A DNA stretch of 64,000 nt from Blasia pusilla (taxonomy: Eukaryota): NCBI GenBank assembly GCA_050084515.1, contig CM114271.1:24304001-24368000 (forward strand). Direction: 5' to 3'. This document shows positions 54,881 through 64,000 of the stretch, piece after piece. The first letter of the stretch is position 1. Every line of letters begins with the position of its first letter. The notes beneath the pieces are model-generated. The model was not told the DNA's origin. It made no database searches and was given only the letters and a program-made list of their open reading frames with translations. Made by a program: the position numbers and the translations under genes.

Positions 54881-57800
54881 TAAAAAAATATCATGATTTA
54901 CTTGGATATTTTTTCATTTGGTTTACTTCACATTAAAATGTAAGAACTATGTCACAAAAAAATGAAAACAATAATTTTCTCTATATAGAAAAGCTCAATT
55001 TTTAAAAAACTTTTAAAAGCTTGTATATCTTTTTCGTCATGCTTGGTAATGCTTAATACTTTAAAAAATATTTTCCATGTCAGAATAATCATTTTTTAAA
55101 ATTTAGGTTATAAAATAAAATTTGTTGTCTTGCATGATAAGGATTATCAAACCACTAGCTATATTACTATCATTGAAGGCTTAAAATGATTAAAAATATA
55201 GAGGAATGCCAATTCATCTTCTTATATTTTAAAAATAGAATAATATAGATTCTGAAAATAATTTAAATTAATATGATTTTCTCGTGAGGAATTGAAAATT
55301 ATTTATGGTAGACTACTTTATTACAATCTCTATTAGTATTTTGATAACCACATCACAATTCCTAGATATTGATCGAATTAGTTAAGGTCAATTATGAGGC
55401 ATGCATAAGGTTGAATTTTCTTTAAGTAAAGGGAAGGAAAATAAATAATTTTTAGTAAGTTTTCTTAATCATTATTTTCCAAAGTGTTACAATTTAGATT
55501 TAGAATGGAAAGAGAGATGGTAAATTTAAATAAGAGAGGGATGACAGAAGGCCATTAATTTTCAACAAGGGATTGCTTTATAAGGATTTTATTCAATAAT
55601 GTTGATTTTTTAATGAGGCATGGAGATACAAAGTTCGAGAATATTGGATGTTGAATGTCCATCTCTTTATTTTACTTGTATCTTTAATCCAAACTGTCCC
55701 ACTATATAAAGGCATCTGAGTTTTTTAATCACAACCACTACTCGGCATAATATCCAGAAATCGTATTTGGCTGCTTATAAACTTGATTGATGATTTCTAT
55801 AGCCCATCAATCCCCATCCACTGTGAAAAAAACAAAAAAAAATCCATCATCATCTCACAAGGACTATATTTTGCAACGTATGAGTAGATACACGGCGTTA
55901 CTAAAATAAAATATTGCAAAAATCATAAATTGTATCCACGTACCAAATATTGAATTTGGATAAAATACATTTTATTTTTCCATAATTATGAACCAAGTTT
56001 GTGGTTGTAGACAATGTTTTTCTTAGAGACATATTTCGCAGGTCGTAAAGAAGTCATAATACAATGGTAAAATAAGTAGATAATAATGGGTTAGTTTGCA
56101 TGATGCTCATAGATTTAGATTAATGTCATATTTAAGTACTATGTAATTTCTGTAAAACATCTTCACAAAAAAACCTTACAATGGATCTATGTCATTATAA
56201 GCATAATTAGTGATCAAGATGGTTTCCATGGATGATGCCGAACCTCATGAAAATTGATGGACACAAATGATTATCTTTACATGTAGTTATGAGATGACAT
56301 TCCTCATTAAAATATTTACTAAATTTTCTGTTCTCTCAATCAAATAAAGGGTTTCAATAGAATCTCACGAATTTTCTGAAAATATTTGTCATGCGCATAC
56401 ACGTCGCTTTACAACATACGTCGTTATTACTAACTGTAAATATGTAAACACGAGATATCATCATAATTCATGGAATGTGAATACTTAGAAAATCATGTAC
56501 TGAAATTATCTAATTAAATCAAGATCACTCCAATCTCTCACATAATCTCCATCCCTCTCTCATATCAAATCAAACCTACTCTCCTATCCAGTGAGAGGCT
56601 TGGGTTACTCACAAGACAAGGAGGACCATAACTTTATTGCCTCATGCGAAGAGGTTCAACAAAGAGAGAATGAATTCAAAGCTCTGTCTCTCTTTGGGTA
56701 TATTCCTTCCCTCATCTTGTGTGCAACCTGACGGAAACCGACGGATTGCATTGCAGAATAATTCTCACTTTGTCTTGGAGATTTCCAAAATTGGCTCGGA
56801 GGGGAACATGAGGCAACATTGGATCAAAGATTGCGATAGAGTCAAGAAGGTGCTTATAACGCATCTGGTGGAGTACAAAGGATTTATGGGACATGAGTTA
56901 GTGGATGTGATCCTCGCGGAGGGTGCGCAGATCAAGCAGAAGACTTGGGCGAATACATACATCTCCCAAGATGCAGCACTCATGATTCTATGCTGGTCGA
57001 AAATTCAGGCAGCCAAGAAAAGTTCCACACATGAGTTGGAGGAAAAATGTTTCGCCATCGGAGTGAGCAAAGTTCATTTAGGCTGATGTGTCAACAGCCA
57101 GCAAATACACTGCGAGTTAGATGCAGCAATACATTGCCATGCTCAACCTAGATCTCGGCCAGGACTTCGACAAGGAATTGAAGGCGATCATTAAACGTCG
57201 GAGGAAGAGGAACAAAGACCCACAGGGTCGAATAGGGGTTGCAAGTACGTTGCTAACGCTGTCTTGAATAGAGTGTAAAGTGGGTTGAGTTGGTAAACTC
57301 ATATTCGACGCTACAAGAGGAGAATCAATTAGAGAGGTTGGACGGAAGAAAACTTTATGAAACCCATTATGTTTTTGTATAATTCCAATTCTTGAATAAA
57401 AAATTGACAAAAGCTAGATCCAGAGGGAATCAGATGTGAGGAGGTCTCTAATGTATGTTGGTGTTAAGTAAACATTTAAATTGGTACGTGGTTTGGAAGT
57501 AGTACATAGGTCACAAATGTAGAAGTGAACAAAAAGTGGTATGATGGAGTAGAAGTGATTGAAGGATTGTAAATAGGATGGAAGCAATAGTTTAAGAGAG
57601 TAATACAACTTTGATAAGGCTGAGAGCAAATGATAGTTGGTACTCTCAGGTTTGGTCTGTTTGGGTTTCTTGGAGTGAGGACGATAAGCAACAATTCTTG
57701 ACTCTTGGAGTGGTTATGTAATATGGTGAAATTATGATAGGAAGATTAGGGTGTGTTGTGTTGTTTTCAACTGATAATGTGTCATGAATATCATAGGTAT

Positions 57801-59044
57801 AAGAGTTTTAGGGAAGCTTCTGAAAGAGCTGTTATGTAGGTCTTTGTGTCTGTAGTATTTAAATCAGCTTGCACTAAGTGTTGCAGATATTACAGAGCAG
57901 AGAGATGAGTGAGCTTCTATCTAACTATGACTTCGTTCTAAGTTAGAACGAAGTCACAGTTAGATACCCGCATCCACAAGTTTTCATTTTCTCGAATCTC
58001 CAAATTTAGGCGAATTTGACTTACGAAAATCAGTCTCAAGGGGACTCAGGCACACAAACAAATAGCACATCATCCTCCCGGGGTATCAGACCCTACAATC
58101 TCTCATTGGCTTAGAGAATGGTCTTTCTTGGACGTAGTGCGTCTGCTTGGGAAGGTGATGATCCATAGTTTTCAAGCGAAGCTCAAAAAGATTGAACCAG
58201 TTCTAGAGGAGGCCAATCCAGAGGTTGCTAAGGATAACGAGTTGTGGCTAGATTACATCCGGTATAAGCCGGAAAAACACCCATGCTTCCAAACAATGTT
58301 CAAGAATCATATCCTCCCTCAGACGGATCTCGACAAGGAAATTGACGCCAAAAAGTGGGATTTCGCTAAGAAGAAGCGGGATCTTCAAGAACAACCGGCC
58401 GAGACATCCCAACAAAGAGCTGCCCAACGCATGGTATACAGATACCTGATCTACAGTGTGAATGCAAGGACATGGCAAAAATACCCAGCAGCATGCAAGC
58501 TTTGGGCTTCTCGCATGATGGAGAAGCATTCTCCATGTACGACATGGAGATGGGGTAGGATATGTCCGAGTGGGAAGTGTTGAATTTTCCAATCTACTTG
58601 GACTTCAACGACCGTGTACAAGTGATTGATAAGAACTTGCGCATTGTGTATGATGCAGTCGTAGCTGGCACGGACGACACCCCAAACATCATTAAGGTTG
58701 GAGAATATTTTGAAGGAGATGCGAAGGAACAAGCCATCAAGACAACTGAGTTGGTCTCCAAGGTAGTGACCGCCAAGGATGAATAGACTACGGGCTTGAA
58801 AGCCAAGGCAAAGGGGTCAAGGCATTCAGAGGCGTAATATTATAGACGAGAGGGGCAGACAAGGAAGCCCAACAAGAAAAAAATCATGTGGATTCTAAAG
58901 TAACTGACACACCAACAAGCAGGCAGCAAACTCGCGAGAAGCGAAAGTAGGAGCCCCCAGGATCTACCACATAATTCAGTAAGGATTTGGAATACACTCC
59001 TTCATATTAGGTAGGCGTAGGGATTGTATGAGCAGGATCAGGAA

Positions 59045-59395
59045 AAAACAAGCTCTGTAGGGATTGTATGAGCACCAGGAAAAAACCCCTGTCATTGAGA
59101 TATGTCTCTGCAAAAGAAAACAAGAGGACGATTTGGTCATAAGTGAGAGCGACATTCCAATCTGGGACACTGTGTGACGGATCGTCATTCCACAACGGAT
59201 ATCCAGAAGGAAAATATGCAATCAGTAGGTCCACAACAACCTCCTTAGCTACCCCATGGACCGTCCATAGGACATGCCCATTTTGAAGAAGTTTTCTCCC
59301 AAGCACGGCCCACTTCTCGATTGCAGCTATCGACTCTTGAGTTGAAAATTTGTGCAATTCATCAAGCAGGGAAGTTTGGTGGAGCAGGACAATGA
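59045..59395 (-). pseudogene. N4/N6 DNA methyltransferase-like N-terminal (catalytic motif IV) exon, locally inverted
   Basis: VVVDLLIAYFPSG resembles VDLIxTDPPY, followed by LFSFAETYLNDRGFFL (compare LkpgG motif VI). Bounded by ~55-bp inverted repeats. Confidence 0.55.
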
Positions 59396-59759
59396 TCCTG
59401 CTCATACAATCCCTACGCCTACCTAATATGAAGGAGTGTATTCCAAATAGGGCGTAGGGATTGTATGTACGCCTACATAGTTTTGAAATATAACTATGTA
59501 GTAAATTTTTTTACAGTTTTTTCCTGGTGCTCATACAATCCCTACAATTCCTGGCGCTTCCTGGTTTTTTCCTGAATGGAGGGAGCGAAGACAAGCTCTT
59601 CAACCTTGAATGCATGAAGATGTCTCTCAAGTGTAGGACGGCGTAGTCATGGGTGGTAAAAAATGAATACCCACTTACATTTGCTTCAAATAAAATCCAA
59701 GTATGTTCAAAATTACTTTATTCCATTTTTTGTTTATGTTGTAGACCATAGGTTTACAT

Positions 59760-60380
59760 ATGCAACCATTCAGATTCCGAAGGGTTGCGAGAATCATGTA
59801 GAGATATTTAGTGCAACCCTTTCCCCATAATGAGCAACCCGTCGGAACCCGGTGGGTTGCTCATAGAGTTGTGACTTTGCTAATGAGCAACCTGTCGGGT
59901 TCTGACGACCTGCTTCTCAGTTATAACTCTGATAAGGAAAAAAGGAATAAGTACAACCTCTTAGGATCCGACGGGTTTCCCGGGAATTTTTTGACAAAGT
60001 GGTAGAACTACTATAATTTTGATTTGGTTCATGAGCAACCCGTCGGAACCCGGCGAGTTGCTCATAGAGTTGTGACTTTGCTGATGATGCAACCCGTTGG
60101 AACCCGACGGGTTGCATCTCAACTAGATTTTTGGATAAGGAAAAAAGCAACGAGTGTTACCTGTCGGGATCCGACGGCTTGCATGGGGGCATTTTGACAA
60201 AGCTGTAGAGTTACAAGAATTACTACTTTGTTTATGAGCAACCCGTCGGGTTTCGACAGGATTCTTCTTAGGTAGATGTTTGGAAAATGAAAAAAGCAAT
60301 GAGTGCAACCCGTCGGGATCTGATGGGTTGCACATATGATTTTTAGGAAGTTGTAGAGCAACCCGTTTTTTTCCGACATG
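59760..60380. repeat. Array of GC-rich palindromes, block 1
   Basis: About 10 variants of gcaacccgtcgg-aac-ccgacgggttgc, e.g. 59831-59863, 60032-60063, 60087-60118, 60304-60332. Confidence 0.9.
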
Positions 60381-60489
60381 TAGGCTTGTTCCACCTTAAA
60401 GCTAACATCATTTTGCTCATGCCTTGTGGACACATAGAGCACTCCTATGTCTACTATTTTCTGAGACTTGAGCAGATGTTTCAGGTATT

Positions 60490-60944
60490 TCACATATAGG
60501 ATCCTGTCCATCCATGCTCGGATGGGGCCACATTGGATAGCCTTTACAATTTCCCCCCCGGAAGTCTTAATGATTGAAGGCACGCCTTTACTTGGAGGAA
60601 GTGAGAAGTCACATGCTCTGATGCAGACCCTCATTGAGCTATGCTCGAGGCCGAGGAATTTGGTCTTGGACTTGGTAGGTTTATCAAGGGCGAGTATTAG
60701 AGGTGCATGGCAGAAAGGCAGAAACATTCTCTGCATTGAGGGAAGAAAGGAACTTTTTTACCTTTGTAAGAAGGCAAAGGCGGGTTACGAAAGGCAGGTG
60801 GGAGGCTTAAACTCGCCTCCAAAGCCAATTGCTCCAGCAGCAGGCCCATTGGTAGTGACGACATCTTCCTTGCTTGTAATTCAAAAAACCGAGAGAGCAA
60901 GGTTGACAGTCATTTTGGAGGAGCTCTCAGATGATGACGAGTGA
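60490..60944 (+). pseudogene. N4/N6 DNA methyltransferase-like C-terminal (SAM-binding) exon
   Basis: EKSHALMQTLIELCSRPRNLVLDLVGLSRASIRGAWQKGRNILCIE aligns by eye to the N6_N4_Mtase consensus KPxxLxxxLIxxxSxPGDxVLDPFxGSGxTxxAAxxxGRxxIGxE. Confidence 0.7.
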
Positions 60945-61444
60945 GATCAAATGATTTCTCGGTTCAATTGATTAAAACATTTTGGAGTAGGGATTTGGTG
61001 GTTTCAAGCGGCAGAGTACATATCGATAGTGGATGGGAGTTACCTTGCAGAGCATACAAGATTTTTGTCGGGGAAGGCGTTGGGACTCTCCAAATCACAC
61101 ATAGGACCAATATGGTGTAACTAGGGAGGGGGGCAAGGCTATCAACTTCCCCCACATTCTCAATCCCCATCTACAATCGGCCAAATGAGCCATTAGTTTT
61201 CGAAGACATTCCTTTTGTATAGGAACTGAGGAGAATTAGGAGTAAATTTGTAGATGACAAGGGTGAAGAAATCATAGACTAGAGTTGATGGATTCTGTGA
61301 GCAAATATAATGTGCTGAGTTTCCCTCGACGTAATAAAGGACTTCCAATTTCTTGAGGATATTAATGTTCTTGAAGTGTCTTCTAAGTAGTGTTGCTTTT
61401 GTGTCTGGGTTGCGATTTCTCTATGTTGGACGGTCTTTATTAAC

Positions 61445-62330
61445 CAACCCGTCGGATTAAACAGGGTTTCAAACCAAAGACCATGCTTGCAACCTGTCGG
61501 ATTCTAAAAGATTGTAAGATTTACCACCTCCGGGATGCTCACATTTTTAAACCTCTTTCTCAGCGAGCCAGTTAGGAAACCTATCGGATTCCGACAGGTT
61601 GTAAGATTTACAGCCTCACGGATGCTGCATTTTTTTAAAAGCTCTTTCTCAATGAGCCAGTCAGGAAACATGTCGAATTCTGACAGGTTGCATGTCACGT
61701 TGATTGGCTTCTACACTTTTCCAATTGAATGTCCTCCATCCCGTCGGATTCTGACACGTTCTCTACTTGATTGATTTTTCTTTTCCTGTGCCACCACAAT
61801 CCTTCTAGGCAGGCTTCTTCACCTTCGCCTTGTTTCCTTGTTTTCTTCAAACCATTCCTCTCTAAGACTTTATTTTCTGAGACCTATCGCATTCTGACAT
61901 GTTGGATGATTGAGGCTGGGAGGCTTTGTATTTGATAGGTCGCATGAATTACATACAATCCCTACAAATTGAAGGACTCTGACAACTTACAAGCGGAAAA
62001 ACCTATTGGATTTTGACGGATAGCATTTTTTAAGGAATGGAAGCTGGCTGCGTGGCCAACAGGTTTTCCTGACATTCTTCTTAGATTCAACCTTCGTCTA
62101 TCATGCAACCTGTCGGAATCCGACAGGTTGCATGAAGAGAGGAAGATAGGAGAGAGGTCTACAAGGAAGGACTAAGAGGAAAATGGAAGCAATCAGCATG
62201 ACTACATGTCGCATTCTGACCTGTTGCATGGAAGGATGATGCCTTAACTTCATTTCATTCTCTCCATTTGTTTTTTCACTAGCATTTCTAAACTCATGAC
62301 GTCTACCAACATGTCGGATTCCGACATGAT
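61445..62330. repeat. Array of GC-rich palindromes, block 2
   Basis: About 10 variants, e.g. tcatgcaacctgtcgg-aat-ccgacaggttgcatga (62101-62135) and catgtcgg-att-ccgacatg (62310-62328). Confidence 0.9.
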
Positions 62331-62673
62331 GAAAGGTTCATTGCCTTTATTTTCCTCGTAGTCCTTCTATGTGGGCCTTAAGGATCGATTTCTTTACCTC
62401 AAACATATGTGTTTAAACAAACTTCCCAAATGCCCATCAGCATCATAGACACTTCATGGACCCATTCCTCAGCCAACATAGACGATTGATTTGTGGCCTC
62501 CCAGTAGTTTGAGTCATAGTTGGAAATATTGGAACCCTTCAGTTCCTACCAAACTCACCAAATTTGCTATCATCTTTGTCAATCTCTAGGACTCTCGTGG
62601 GAGAAAGTAAATCCCATATGTCAAGAAAGTATTGAAAGTATTTGCATATAAGAGTGATTAAGCTATATATAGA

Positions 62674-62677
<4 letters not shown>

Positions 62678-62713
<36 letters not shown>
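62678..62713. repeat. (TA)n microsatellite
   Basis: Directly visible. Confidence 0.95.
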
Positions 62714-62715
<2 letters not shown>

Positions 62716-63129
62716 ACGGATTAAGTGGTCTCCTTGTGTCTAGTTTTAGATTCAAGCGTGGAAAAACGAGGTTAGTTTATGACCCAATCTGATCCACTTG
62801 TTACTCTCTTATAAAGATTTTTAGCATTTCAAAGAGAAAAACTTATAAAGAAACTAATAAAATTTTAGAAGAGAGGAGGCGGATTCTCTCTTCTCTTTTT
62901 AAGAGAGACTCTCATCTCTTCCTCTCTTCCTCTCCTATACCATCAAACTAAAAAACTCTACCGTGTGCCAACCATGTGGCACTCTCTGCACATTCAAGTC
63001 CTCATTCAATCAACCTCATGTCTCATCATATTGATGGGTTAAGGCTCAACCCATTCACATTTTAGTTTGGGTGTCTTGGGCAATGGGCCACTTGAAAATC
63101 CTACTCCTTTAATAGCAATATTCACATAA

Positions 63130-64000
63130 CAAGCCTCTATGTCAACTTGTCGAACTCCATCAACCATCCGAATGTCTGATGGTTGGTGACAAGTGCAAAT
63201 AGACTACCCAACAAGTAGCATATGAAATGCATGTATCATACTCTTGACTACAACTAAGCACGTGCAGTCTTCCTTATACAAGGTCTATCTTGCCTCCACA
63301 ATATTTTTTGAGTGGCTAGCATATGCATATGTCAATCTAAACTCCTTTCCTAACCAATTGGTAAAATATTGCTCCTAGTCCCAACGTGCTCTAGTCGATA
63401 GACAACCGGATCAACTTCCCTTTGATAGATTTCCTCAAAATAGGCATCGACACCAACATGTCTTTCAGCTATTGATCATATTCCCACTACCACTCTGGTC
63501 CATTCTTGCTAGGAAGATAAAATATGTGTATTCATGTCATCCATGTACGTAACATCTCCTCATCATGCCAACAAGCTCCCAATGCATGCGTTTGATTTGG
63601 AGATGGCTTATGACTGATCTCATATACATCTTGGTTGAGTCTAGCTTCTATGTTGATTTATCATATGGAAATAATAGTCTCGCAATGTGAAAGCTCATAT
63701 AGCAAGCTTCCCAATAAGGTTGTTGGACTCCATCAACCAATCACATGGTTGGTAATTTGTAATGAGAGTGAAGGGATTTCTAAACAAGTAAGATTTGAGA
63801 TGTGCCATGTTTTGCACTATAATTAGGCATACTCTCTCATGTGAGTTATACTCCATATTCATAGGCTTGTTTGAATGTGTAGCATATAGGAGTATAAACT
63901 CTCTATCCTTGCCATCATATTGAGTGAGTTCCGCTCCAAGTCCCAACATACTCCGATCCATGAGCAATTAGAAAGGAACCCCCCAAAATAATCTCCTCAA
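63130..64000 (-). mobile_element. Degenerate Ty3/Gypsy pol (two RNase H fragments)
   Basis: 63695-63967 reads LGAELTQ...YATHSN...HLKSYLFRNPFTLITNYQP.DWLM; a second copy at ~63150-63300 reads LFALVTNHQTFGWLME. Confidence 0.8.

Noticed and set aside
59760-62330. Palindromic repeats read as a CRISPR array
   Set aside because: Eukaryotic context, irregular and partly repeated spacers, degenerate repeats and no cas genes.

Overview
Eukaryotic, intron-containing land-plant nuclear DNA; it looks bryophyte/liverwort-like, but that is an inference. It holds three intact-looking host genes: a secreted SERK-ectodomain-like LRR-only protein (+, 4946-7509, 7 exons), a plastid-division FtsZ1 (-, 15232-8938, 6 exons) and an intronless DnaJ+DUF3444 gene (-, 36973-34277). 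These sit among transposon debris: nested non-autonomous Helitrons upstream of all three genes, two 5'-truncated RLE-type (CRE-like) non-LTR retrotransposon copies, decayed Copia and Gypsy elements, a CACTA element, a hAT MITE and a putative tRNA-derived SINE. The most interesting signal is at about 56.6-62.3 kb: a degenerate, apparently intron-split, prokaryote-type beta-class N4-C/N6-A DNA methyltransferase gene. It is embedded in GC-rich palindromic repeats next to Gypsy pol remnants, and its catalytic exon has been flipped by a fold-back rearrangement with templated insertions. All calls come from manual reading; no searches were run.
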